Both the position numbers and the translations under genes were made by a program. Below the pieces are notes generated by a model. That model saw nothing but the letters and a program-made list of their open reading frames with translations, ran no database searches and was not told the origin of the DNA. From a virus (lineage: Duplodnaviria; Caudoviricetes): a stretch of 64,000 nt of DNA. This document shows positions 29,150 through 37,397 of this stretch, in pieces; position 1 is the stretch's first letter; the number at the start of each line of letters is the position of its first letter. The DNA is taken from positions 1 through 64,000 of the IMG/VR virus record IMGVR_UViG_2548876809_000002; one strand, 5' to 3'.

Positions 29150-32100
29150 TTATGGCGGGAGATCGTCGTCGTCGTAAATGGCGGGCGAGGCAGCGCGGCC
29201 GCTATCGGTCTGCTGGCGGACATTCCCCTCGCTATCGACGAAGTCATGCGCCTCGCGGGTCAGCTTGATCCCGAGCCAGTGCATCCCGTTCGAAGCCTTC
29301 TTCGTGAGCTTCGATTTGAGAGCGCCACTGAACCCCTTCTGTGACCACTCGGTTTCGCCTGCCGCCTTTGCCCACGCAAGGAACACGGCGTAAAGCGTGG
29401 ACGACTGCACAGACCCTTGTTCGTCCGGTTCGGTGCACGCCCGCAAGAAGCGCGTCGCAGGATCACTGTCAGCCTTGAACTCCGCCGTTGCATCACGAAC
29501 GGAGTCCGGCTCGACGAACCCGTTATCCATCCAGTCCAGCGCACCGCGCACCATCCAAGCGAGAATGCCCGAATACTCGTCGCGGAGCTTGCGCGGCAGG
29601 CTGCGATCTTTCTCATGCTCTTCGAGATGGCTTTCCCACAAAACGACTTTGATGCGTCGCCAGATACCCTCGGTTCCCTGCGGGATCGGGGGTAGCTTGT
29701 TACAGGACAACGTCCATTTGAATGCAGGCGTGAACCAGAAGAAGCTGCGGAAGTTGTCGCGAGCCATCATCTCATCGCCGCCGGTGACGGTGTTGATCAG
29801 TGCTTCATCGACCTTCGCATCCTTGGGCGGCTCGCCTGATACGAGCAGCCGGATACTGGGCAGCACCGCCAAGCCCGGAGAAGCCGCGTCCGCGCCCTTC
29901 TTTGCGCCAACCTCCAGAAAGGTTTCCGCTTTCGTCATCGCGCCGTAATCACCGACAGCATCACGACAGACGTTCGACACCGTGGATTTGCCGTTGGCTG
30001 CGCTCGGTCCCCACCATACGTGAAAGATCTGTTCGCTGGTCTCGCCTGTCAGGTTGTAGCCCATCCATTGCCGTAGGTACCGACGACGTTTGGAATCGGG
30101 TTGGGCCCATTCAATCAGTGGCTGGAACAATGGCGCGGGAGCTTCTGGCTCGTAAGCACAAGCGGTGACCTTCGTCAGACGATCGGCGCGGTTGTGCGGC
30201 TGTAGCTCGACGCGTGAAGACGAACCCTCGCCCCCCCGAATGAACCGCAACGTGCCGTTGGTGCAGTTGAGCAGAAGAGGGTCAGTGTCGAACGTGCTCA
30301 GCTCGACCGTCACGTCACGTTTCACGAGCCCAGATATGCAGTTAATCCGCCCCGCAGCCTCAGAAGCATTCGCCCAACCAGCCAGCTTGTCAGAAAGCAG
30401 CTCAGTCTTTTTGCCGCCACCCTGCCATCGATCCATGCCGTGCGGCCGACGCGGATCTTGAAATGTTTCGTCCAGCAGAAGCTTCTCAGAAATCTCGACC
30501 CACTCGGCCCAGCCCGTATCACGGACAAAATCCGCTTCGCGCTGGATCGCTTCGATCGTAGCGACGACGCTGGCCAGCACCTCTGCCGGTGTCGTGTCTT
30601 TCTCCTGATTGAGCACGCGGTACCGCCGCCCATCCCAACCGAGCCAACCTTTCGATGTGGTGTAAAGGTAATCCTCGCCGTACCGTGCAATCCACCGTTC
30701 GGAATTACCTTTGTCGGTGCGATTGAACATGGCGCACCGCCTATCGAGCAGCATCGGCGCAACGTCATAGCCCTTGGCCATGCCAGCTTCAAAGGAACGG
30801 CGAAGGTTGCGGCCTTCCGCCCCGTTCCATTTGGCAACCCGCCCTTCCCCCAGCACGACGACGGCAGCTGCCATTGCCATGAACGGATCGATTAGCCCGC
30901 TCGCAATCATGCCGCCAAGCTTGAAGGCAAACCTACCGGCTTGCTTTGGGTCATCCCCAACCGTGTTTGGTGTGCGAGACAAGCGCAATTGCACGACACG
31001 GCGTACTCTCGCCCGGTCGGCCTCCCCCATGATAGAAAGATCGGCCACCCTTCCATGTGGAAGCATGTCATCTTCGGTCATACCGGGGGGTAGCGGGGGG
31101 AACTCGGCGTCAAAGCGTGCGCGCCAGGCGGAGAGATAGTGCGCTCGTGTTTCGTCGTCGCGGACCGTACCGGCCATCGTCGCAAGTTGCGCCCAAAGCC
31201 CCGCGCGCCCTTCGGGTCCATCCACCTCGGCCGCGGCGAGCAGCGTTTCCCACAACCACGCGTCCATCGGCTGCGCAGCGGACAGCACGTGTTCAATCGC
31301 GGCGCGGCCTTCCTCAATCGATCCGGCCGCATTGACCAGCGTGTCCGGATCGTGCCCGTCCGGGAGCATCGCGATCGTCAACGATCGTCCGGGACCGGCA
31401 AACGGAAGCGCGCGACCGCACGCCCGCAGCGCTGCTTTCTGCCCCGGCGCATCACCGTCGAACAGCAGGATTGGCCGCTCGGTCGCGCGCCAGGCGCGCT
31501 CGAGCTGGCGCTCGGTCAGTGCTGTTCCCATCGGCGCGACGCCTTCGAGGATCCCGACACGATCGAGCGCGATCACGTCGAAAAACCCCTCGCCGATGAT
31601 TAGCCGACGCGCCGATCGCGCGGCCGGTGCGGCGCGATGCAGGTTGAAAAGCACCTCGCCCTTATTGAATACCGTACTATCTGGGCTGTTCAGATACTTC
31701 GGTTCGGCGTCACCGATCGCCCGCCCGCCAAAGCCGATCATACGGCCTCGCGTGTCGTGGATGGGGATCATGATGCGCTGGCGGAACCGGTCGCGCCACA
31801 GCCCGGCGTCGCGACCTTCGGTCGCTTCCATCATCAGTCCGTGCGTTTCCAGCGTTTTCGGTGGAACGCCACTGGCCGCGATCGACTTGCGAGCCGGCGC
31901 AACGCCTAACTCGAATCGCGCGATCGTCTCCGCGCCCACTCCGCGCTTTGTCAGAAGCTCGGTCGTCTTGGCATCGCCGACCAGCTCGGCCGCGTACCAT
32001 GCCGCGGCTTTAGCGAGTACGTCAGCTGCATTGCTAGCTTCGTTTTCCCGTCGCTCCACGTCCGGCGATGGCGCGGGCACGATGACGCCGGCATCTTCCG

Positions 32101-32362
32101 CAAGCGTTCGGACCGCATCGATGAAACCAAGCCCGCTTTTATCGGTCAGCCAACGGATCGCGTCCCCGTGCGCGCCGCACCCGAAGCAATGATAGAAGCC
32201 CTTGTCATCATTGACGTAGAAACTTGGCGTTTGCTCTTGGTGAAATGGGCAACAGGCGCGAAATTCACGGCCGGCGCGATCGAGCTTAAGCGTGCGCCCA
32301 ACGACATCCGACAACGTAATCCGCGAACGCAGATCATCGAGAAATTGCGTGGTAAGAGCCAT
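29150..32362 (-). CDS. DnaG-type primase (CHC2 Zn finger + Toprim) fused to P4/D5 SF3 helicase
   Basis: CCPFHQEQTPSF, GEGFFDV, FDGD Toprim motifs; ANGKST Walker A and D5-like C-terminus. Confidence 0.92.
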   Translation of the reverse strand: MALTTQFLDDLRSRITLSDVVGRTLKLDRAGREFRACCPFHQEQTPSFYVNDDKGFYHCFGCGAHGDAIRWLTDKSGLGFIDAVRTLAEDAGVIVPAPSPDVERRENEASNAADVLAKAAAWYAAELVGDAKTTELLTKRGVGAETIARFELGVAPARKSIAASGVPPKTLETHGLMMEATEGRDAGLWRDRFRQRIMIPIHDTRGRMIGFGGRAIGDAEPKYLNSPDSTVFNKGEVLFNLHRAAPAARSARRLIIGEGFFDVIALDRVGILEGVAPMGTALTERQLERAWRATERPILLFDGDAPGQKAALRACGRALPFAGPGRSLTIAMLPDGHDPDTLVNAAGSIEEGRAAIEHVLSAAQPMDAWLWETLLAAAEVDGPEGRAGLWAQLATMAGTVRDDETRAHYLSAWRARFDAEFPPLPPGMTEDDMLPHGRVADLSIMGEADRARVRRVVQLRLSRTPNTVGDDPKQAGRFAFKLGGMIASGLIDPFMAMAAAVVVLGEGRVAKWNGAEGRNLRRSFEAGMAKGYDVAPMLLDRRCAMFNRTDKGNSERWIARYGEDYLYTTSKGWLGWDGRRYRVLNQEKDTTPAEVLASVVATIEAIQREADFVRDTGWAEWVEISEKLLLDETFQDPRRPHGMDRWQGGGKKTELLSDKLAGWANASEAAGRINCISGLVKRDVTVELSTFDTDPLLLNCTNGTLRFIRGGEGSSSRVELQPHNRADRLTKVTACAYEPEAPAPLFQPLIEWAQPDSKRRRYLRQWMGYNLTGETSEQIFHVWWGPSAANGKSTVSNVCRDAVGDYGAMTKAETFLEVGAKKGADAASPGLAVLPSIRLLVSGEPPKDAKVDEALINTVTGGDEMMARDNFRSFFWFTPAFKWTLSCNKLPPIPQGTEGIWRRIKVVLWESHLEEHEKDRSLPRKLRDEYSGILAWMVRGALDWMDNGFVEPDSVRDATAEFKADSDPATRFLRACTEPDEQGSVQSSTLYAVFLAWAKAAGETEWSQKGFSGALKSKLTKKASNGMHWLGIKLTREAHDFVDSEGNVRQQTDSGRAASPAIYDDDDLPP

Positions 32363-32551
32363 TGGCTATCTCGCGCTTCGACGCGCTGAGCTTTTCGCCG
32401 CCGACCATTTCGACGGCGTCAGGTTGGTCACAGACACTGGTACGATCACCCCCGAATACGGCTGGAAAAGATCGGGGGGATGTTCGAGCATCGTCCCCCC
32501 AGCGATGGCGGACGCACAGTTCGGCAGAGCCCGTGCGTCCCGAAACTCAGA

Positions 32552-32803
32552 TCATGGCGGAGCGGCGCTAGCGTCGCCGATCACGCGCGCGGTTGCCTGC
32601 CCCGGCTGGTTTTCCGTCAGCCACCGCGTCGCCTTGATTGCGGCCTTCGCCTCAAGATGCCGTGCGCGATTTTCCTTGGCTTCCGTGATCCGGCCGCGCA
32701 GATCCGCCGGCAGCCGTTTCCAGCAGCTCGGGCAGACGGCCTGCCAACGTGTTCGTGTTTCGCGGCAGAAAGGGACGGGGCAATCATGAGTAGCGTGCTT
32801 CAC
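32552..32803 (-). CDS. Small Zn-finger hypothetical protein
   Basis: CPVPFC...CPSC; coupled. Confidence 0.55.
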   Translation of the reverse strand: MKHATHDCPVPFCRETRTRWQAVCPSCWKRLPADLRGRITEAKENRARHLEAKAAIKATRWLTENQPGQATARVIGDASAAPP

Positions 32804-33015
32804 GAAGCAGCCACCTTGCTCGGCGCTCCGAGCTGGGCGGCGACATCAGGCGCAGAGCCTTTGGCGCACAGGACATCGTTCGACAGGCGCATCAACGTCG
32901 TACCGGCGCGCTCGGGGTGATCCGCGATCCAAACAACGTGGGCTGGGTTAATGAACGTCCGGATCTCTCCGGTGTCGCTGGCAATATCGATCGTGATGAT
33001 CGGCACTAGCATCAC
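32800..33015 (-). CDS. Hypothetical protein
   Basis: Coupled ORF in early-right operon. Confidence 0.55.
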   Translation of the reverse strand: MMLVPIITIDIASDTGEIRTFINPAHVVWIADHPERAGTTLMRLSNDVLCAKGSAPDVAAQLGAPSKVAAS

Positions 33016-33239
33016 CTGTCTCCATCAAATTCGTAGAAGCCGCCGCCTCGGGTCTTCACGGTCTTGTCACGCGCGTCGCGGCAGAGAGCGCACCAGCCAT
33101 CAACCAGACGCTTGCTCTCATCGCCGCACTGGTGGCAGTCGCCTGGAACGCCACGCGGGACGGGCACGCACGCCGCTGCGATCGCCGTGTCATTGTCCGC
33201 AGCCTGCAGCCGCTGCGCCATGTCGATGACGTCAGCCAC
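33012..33239 (-). CDS. TraR/DksA-like C4 Zn-finger protein
   Basis: MADVIDMAQ...CHQC...CALC; homologous to 51239-51418. Confidence 0.65.
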   Translation of the reverse strand: MADVIDMAQRLQAADNDTAIAAACVPVPRGVPGDCHQCGDESKRLVDGWCALCRDARDKTVKTRGGGFYEFDGDR

Positions 33240-33429
33240 GGTATTGCGCCTCGAGCCGCGCCAGCTTCGCGCGCGCCGCTTCGATCTGCCGTGGCAGCCG
33301 CGATCGGCGCAGCTGCTCGACATTCTTGAGCCGCTCGATGCGCAGCTGTTCGTCCGAGGTAAGCGAACGGCCAACGGCTGCCGCCGCGATCGCGGCGATC
33401 TCCGCATCGACGGACACCCGGCGCGGCAT
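33232..33429 (-). CDS. Hypothetical protein
   Basis: Coupled ORF. Confidence 0.5.
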   Translation of the reverse strand: MPRRVSVDAEIAAIAAAAVGRSLTSDEQLRIERLKNVEQLRRSRLPRQIEAARAKLARLEAQYRG

Positions 33430-34139
33430 CAGACGCCCATTCCTGTCTTCGCGCCGGTTTCGAGGATCTCGATCTGACGGAAGTCGAGATCTTCGTAGCG
33501 CGTGATCGCGATCAAGTTGGCTTGGTCAAGTTTCGCCAGATGCTTCGACACGAGGTCGGCACTGCGCACCCCCAGCATCGCCGCCAGTGAGGGGTTGCTC
33601 GGACAGCGCCGCCGATCGTCGGCCAACCGGACCAACAGATCGAGCAGCAACCGGGCCTCGGTCGGCAGCGTCGTATCGATAGCAACGGGCCGGGCATTGG
33701 CGAAAGCGAGAGCTGTTCGGCGGGCGGCGAAATCGAACAGCGAACTGCCCGGTTCATGGCGCGTCCGCCGCAAGGTGATAAGGCCCTGCAGCATCAGACG
33801 ATGCGCGCGCGCACCGACGGCGCGGGGAGCTTGCGGCGCTCGAGCATAGACGCAGATGCGATCCGCCCCGGCGCCGGACACCCATGCCGAGAGACCGTCT
33901 GCCGTGGCCGCGAACGGTCCGGCGAACGGAATTAGGCACTCCGCGCCCTCGAACGGACGGTGCTGGACGTAGGCTTCCTGCCCCATGGTCAACCTCCACA
34001 GCACAGCGGCCGACGCGGCCAGGGGGGGACAAGCCGCGTCGGCACGCGCGGGACGTCGGGGTGAAATCCCGCACGCTTGCTGTTCGAGAAACGGGAAAGG
34101 ATCATTCAGCCAGGGCTTGCCGATCGGCGGGCTGGTCAT
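33429..34139 (-). CDS. Winged-HTH DNA-binding protein
   Basis: C-terminal PSNPSLAAMLGVRSADLVSKHLAKLDQANLI; start uncertain. Confidence 0.6.
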   Translation of the reverse strand: MTSPPIGKPWLNDPFPFLEQQACGISPRRPARADAACPPLAASAAVLWRLTMGQEAYVQHRPFEGAECLIPFAGPFAATADGLSAWVSGAGADRICVYARAPQAPRAVGARAHRLMLQGLITLRRTRHEPGSSLFDFAARRTALAFANARPVAIDTTLPTEARLLLDLLVRLADDRRRCPSNPSLAAMLGVRSADLVSKHLAKLDQANLIAITRYEDLDFRQIEILETGAKTGMGV

Positions 34140-34389
34140 ACCAAGCGCCCACCGCCTCGTTGTACCAGTCGAGCGGCAATACTGCCCCCTCTGTCCGGGG
34201 AACGAGATCGGTCAGCAGGAGCGATCCCGGCAACAGCGAACCATCGAGCAGCCGCCCAAGCTGGCTTTCGTCGACGAACAGGATCCGCTCTGCCGCCGTG
34301 AGGTCACCGCCGCATTCCGAGCCAATCCAGTGCGCGAGACGGCGCGCGCCTTCGTTCGCCGGGGTCGCCGTGAGGTGCATCTTGCTCAT
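34102..34389 (-). CDS. Hypothetical (HTH-like) protein
   Basis: ATGA overlap with CII-like gene stop. Confidence 0.55.
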   Translation of the reverse strand: MSKMHLTATPANEGARRLAHWIGSECGGDLTAAERILFVDESQLGRLLDGSLLPGSLLLTDLVPRTEGAVLPLDWYNEAVGAWYDQPADRQALAE

Positions 34390-34856
34390 TCTTGGTTCCC
34401 TTCGATGGAAGCGAGCGCGGCATCGAGCTGCACCGCGACTTCGATTTGTTCGCGCAGTTGCTTGCGGATCGCGCGGGCCTCGGCTGGATTCACGACCTGG
34501 TCGGCGAGCGCCTTGCAAATCTCGCTGGCGATATCGCCGCCCTCCTTTGAGAGTCTGGCGAGCAGCATCAGCAGGTCGGTTCCTGACGGAGTGCACTCAG
34601 GCAGGCGCACCAGCGCGAAGCCCAGGCCCGCCGCCAGCGCACGAGTGATATGCGGCCAGCCCTCGCGATCACGCGCCAGGGGTTCGAGGTCCTGCACGAC
34701 GTCGATCGCAACGAAGCTATCCGGGCGGTTGACTGACTGGTTGTCGCCAAGGACTGTCTTGCCGACGCGGCAGAATCCTGCCGAAGCTTCAAGCCCGCCG
34801 CATCCCTTGATCAACTCCGCGGTCGCGAGCTTGATGGCAATACGTTCCGGGGTCAT
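34386..34856 (-). CDS. CII-family phage regulator
   Basis: Directly after cro; LIKGCGGLEASA...KEGGD...EARAIRKQLRE pattern. Confidence 0.65.
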   Translation of the reverse strand: MTPERIAIKLATAELIKGCGGLEASAGFCRVGKTVLGDNQSVNRPDSFVAIDVVQDLEPLARDREGWPHITRALAAGLGFALVRLPECTPSGTDLLMLLARLSKEGGDIASEICKALADQVVNPAEARAIRKQLREQIEVAVQLDAALASIEGNQE

Positions 34857-35128
34857 GCCGACACCGCAGCGGAAAGATTGCCCGCGTTTCCGGATGCGTC
34901 CGAAGCTTCCGAACCGGTATCAGCGCCAGCATGGTTCAGTTCCGCGCCGGTCTCCCAGTCGATCACCAAACCTTCCCGGTCCGCAACCAGACGCAGGTGC
35001 GCCAACCGAGAGCGAGGAATGCCATTCTTACGCCAGCTGTGAACCGTCGAGGGGGAAGTCTCGGTCATTCGAGAAACCACGGTCGTGCCGCCAAGGGCAT
35101 CGATGATTTGGTTGGAGACGTTTTCCAT
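34853..35128 (-). CDS. cro: Cro-like repressor
   Basis: IIDALGGTTVVSRMT..STVHSWRKNGIP; divergent from cI. Confidence 0.8.
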   Translation of the reverse strand: MENVSNQIIDALGGTTVVSRMTETSPSTVHSWRKNGIPRSRLAHLRLVADREGLVIDWETGAELNHAGADTGSEASDASGNAGNLSAAVSA

Positions 35129-35139
35129 GCGCAAACATA

Positions 35140-35201
35140 TGCGATAAACGCAAACTACCAGCAAGGGGTATTTTGCGATAATGGCAATTGCGACATTCGC
35201 A
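35140..35201. promoter_or_regulatory. OR operators (3x TGCG-N5-CGCA)
   Basis: 35140-52, 35174-86 (one mismatch) and 35189-201, between cro and cI. Confidence 0.75.
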
Positions 35202-35203
35202 TA

Positions 35204-35809
35204 ATGCCGCTTGATGCCAGCATGGACGCGAACGACATCAAGGCGGAGCTACTTCGGCGCAATATGAGCCAGCGCGACCTTGCGCAGGCTATAGGCATGG
35301 ACGAGAACCACCTCTCGAAAGCCCTAGCGGGAAAGCGCCAATTCAAGGTTCCGGAAATGGACGCGATCCGTCAGGAACTGGTGCCTGACGACGCGGATGA
35401 GGAACGCCTGCAGATCAGGTCGCTGCCGTTGCTTGGCGATGTCCCGGCAGGAAGTTTCCAGCCACAGGAGCAGCGCGGCGGTCGGCGGTTGATCGTTAGC
35501 GATCCAGACATTCCTGTTCGAGCATACGGCCTAAGGATTGTGGGCGACTCGATGGATTTGATCGCGCCAGCCGGCTCGACCGTAATTATTGATCCAGATG
35601 ACAAGCAGTTATGGGCCGGTAGGCGGTACGTGATTCGCACGAGCGACGGCGAGACAACCTTTAAGGAATACCGAGATGGCCCCGCCAGGCTCGTGCCTTG
35701 CTCGACGAACCCGGCCCATAAAGAGATGCTGATCGGTGCCGAAGCAATCACTATCGAAGGGCGGGTGTTCTCTTATAACTTGCGAGACGCTCCTATGCGG
35801 ACCGCCTGA
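35204..35809 (+). CDS. cI: CI repressor (XRE HTH + S24 peptidase)
   Basis: MSQRDLAQAIG HTH; VPAG cleavage-site region; GDSM and TFK catalytic motifs. Confidence 0.9.
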   Translation: MPLDASMDANDIKAELLRRNMSQRDLAQAIGMDENHLSKALAGKRQFKVPEMDAIRQELVPDDADEERLQIRSLPLLGDVPAGSFQPQEQRGGRRLIVSDPDIPVRAYGLRIVGDSMDLIAPAGSTVIIDPDDKQLWAGRRYVIRTSDGETTFKEYRDGPARLVPCSTNPAHKEMLIGAEAITIEGRVFSYNLRDAPMRTA

Positions 35810-35981
35810 GCTCTTCATAAAAGCGCCATTCTATGCTGGCCGGGGCGTCGAGGTAGAGCTGCCCCCACTCGTCAAACTCGGCCAATCCTTGGGCTACAGC
35901 GTCTTCTTCAGCCCGCCGCTCAGTAGGACGCCACGGACCCTGCGGCTCACCGAACGCGATGACACGATACTCAACAGCCAC
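35793..35981 (-). CDS. Small acidic SOS-regulated protein (antirepressor candidate)
   Basis: GGGAGAG RBS, GTG start, LexA box upstream; converges on cI. Confidence 0.65.
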   Translation of the reverse strand: MAVEYRVIAFGEPQGPWRPTERRAEEDAVAQGLAEFDEWGQLYLDAPASIEWRFYEELRRSA

Positions 35982-36015
35982 GCGAAACTCTCCCGGGAAT
36001 CGATCACTAGTATGA

Positions 36016-36030
36016 GAACATAAAAAGAAC
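36016..36030 (-). promoter_or_regulatory. LexA (SOS) box
   Basis: GAAC-ataaaaa-GAAC (GTTC-N7-GTTC on the minus strand). Confidence 0.75.
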
Positions 36031-36055
36031 AGATTCCGACGTAGGTCAAGACATT

Positions 36056-36104
36056 TGCGAAAGTCGCAAACTTTTTGATTGACCGGCAGTTTGCGTTAAT
36101 CGCA
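36056..36104. promoter_or_regulatory. OL operators (2x TGCG-N5-CGCA) and pL
   Basis: 36056-68 and 36092-104 flank TTGACC at 36079. Confidence 0.7.
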
Positions 36105-36144
36105 TATGGCCTCACAGCCGCATCCCGCGGCGGTGGAGGCTACG

Positions 36145-36411
36145 ATGTCTGTTCGCATCGACGCGAAACCCGAAGTTCAATCCTACACGCCCCCGATCTG
36201 GGCAACCGAAACCGCTGAACGCGATCTCGCATCGTTGTTTCGCGCACGATCACTTCAGGTGTCTCGCAGTGCGCCACCCGTCGAGCAGTGCGCGGTTGAG
36301 GCCGATCCCGACTTTAAGCTGGTCGAGCGCGCCACCGTAGCGCTCATTGTCGTGTTCGTCCTGTACATGGCCGCGCAGTTCGTCCGTGCCTGGCTCGAGG
36401 GGCATCTGTGA
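36145..36411 (+). CDS. First early-left protein, C-terminal TM helix
   Basis: GGAGG RBS before ATG 36145 (upstream ATG 36106 possible). Confidence 0.55.
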   Translation: MSVRIDAKPEVQSYTPPIWATETAERDLASLFRARSLQVSRSAPPVEQCAVEADPDFKLVERATVALIVVFVLYMAAQFVRAWLEGHL

Positions 36412-36524
36412 TGCGAACGCGCCTCGCGTCTGATTCTCGGTGCTCGCTACGCCGATCTCTCTCGATCGTCATCGCGGTGACGATCGCGCTGTGGCTCGTC
36501 ATCATCGCGGTCACCGTCGCATGA
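36411..36524 (+). CDS. 37-aa membrane peptide
   Basis: TGATG coupling; hydrophobic C-terminal half. Confidence 0.45.
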   Translation: MRTRLASDSRCSLRRSLSIVIAVTIALWLVIIAVTVA

Positions 36525-36802
36525 TGCTGCGTGAGCATAGCGCATTATTGCGTGGCTTCGTGTCCGCCCGCGTGAAAGGCCGCGACGTCGTCAACTTCGC
36601 CGACGAGCTGTCTGCGGCGCGCAAGGTTCTTGCCATGATTCCCGGCGAACCGGCCGGTGCGCGAAACACCCTCGCCATCATTCCTGACCTCGACGGCAAG
36701 GCCGTCGCGAACGCTCTTCGCGCTGCCGGTTTCAATCGTGCGCGGGAGATCAGCGGCCGGAAGGCCACGACCGTCGTCTACCATCGGAGGGTTCAAAAAT
36801 GA
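36521..36802 (+). CDS. Hypothetical protein
   Basis: ATGA coupling at both ends. Confidence 0.55.
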   Translation: MMLREHSALLRGFVSARVKGRDVVNFADELSAARKVLAMIPGEPAGARNTLAIIPDLDGKAVANALRAAGFNRAREISGRKATTVVYHRRVQK

Positions 36803-36957
36803 TCCGTCATATGATTCCGCGTCTGCAGGTCGGTCGGTATTCCGGATCTGCGCTTACCGACGACTTTGGTCCCGACGGCGATGAAGTTCGCGGCTTCGGC
36901 TTCTGCTGTCAGTGGTTCGGCATCCTGATCGAAGTATGCGTGGGGGGCGTGCGATGA
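36799..36957 (+). CDS. Small hypothetical protein
   Basis: GGAGG RBS; ATGA coupling at both ends. Confidence 0.5.
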   Translation: MIRHMIPRLQVGRYSGSALTDDFGPDGDEVRGFGFCCQWFGILIEVCVGGVR

Positions 36958-37397
36958 CCGACACCGCCAAAGCCGCGCCGATGCGCGAGGAATTGATCCG
37001 AGCTATCAACAATTATGTTACCGCAGCCGGTGTACCTAAGACCGAGTTCGACGCTGACTTTGCGGTCAAGATGATGTCCGCGATGATGGTCAGCTTTCAC
37101 AAGTATGGCCGTGTTGCACAGGCATACCCGCTTAAGTTTTCGGCTAGCGATGATGTGCGGGCGCGGATGGCGAAATACCGCGCGACCGGCAACAAGCACT
37201 ATCTGGTTGATGCCGCCAACTTCGCGATGATCGAAGCGATGCACCCAGGTCGCAAGGAAGGTGCTGAGTGGGCAGGCAACGACGCCGCCGACAGTCCCGG
37301 ACGCACCACGGCGAGCGGTCATCGTCTCGTGCAAGAGGACAACGACGGCAACCGGATCATGGGCGAGACGATCCTGCATCATCCGGGAGATTTGTGA
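36954..37397 (+). CDS. Hypothetical, possibly all-alpha NTP-pyrophosphohydrolase-like
   Basis: TGNKHYLVDAANFAMIE motif; begins with the shared AAPMRE leader. Confidence 0.55.
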   Translation: MTDTAKAAPMREELIRAINNYVTAAGVPKTEFDADFAVKMMSAMMVSFHKYGRVAQAYPLKFSASDDVRARMAKYRATGNKHYLVDAANFAMIEAMHPGRKEGAEWAGNDAADSPGRTTASGHRLVQEDNDGNRIMGETILHHPGDL

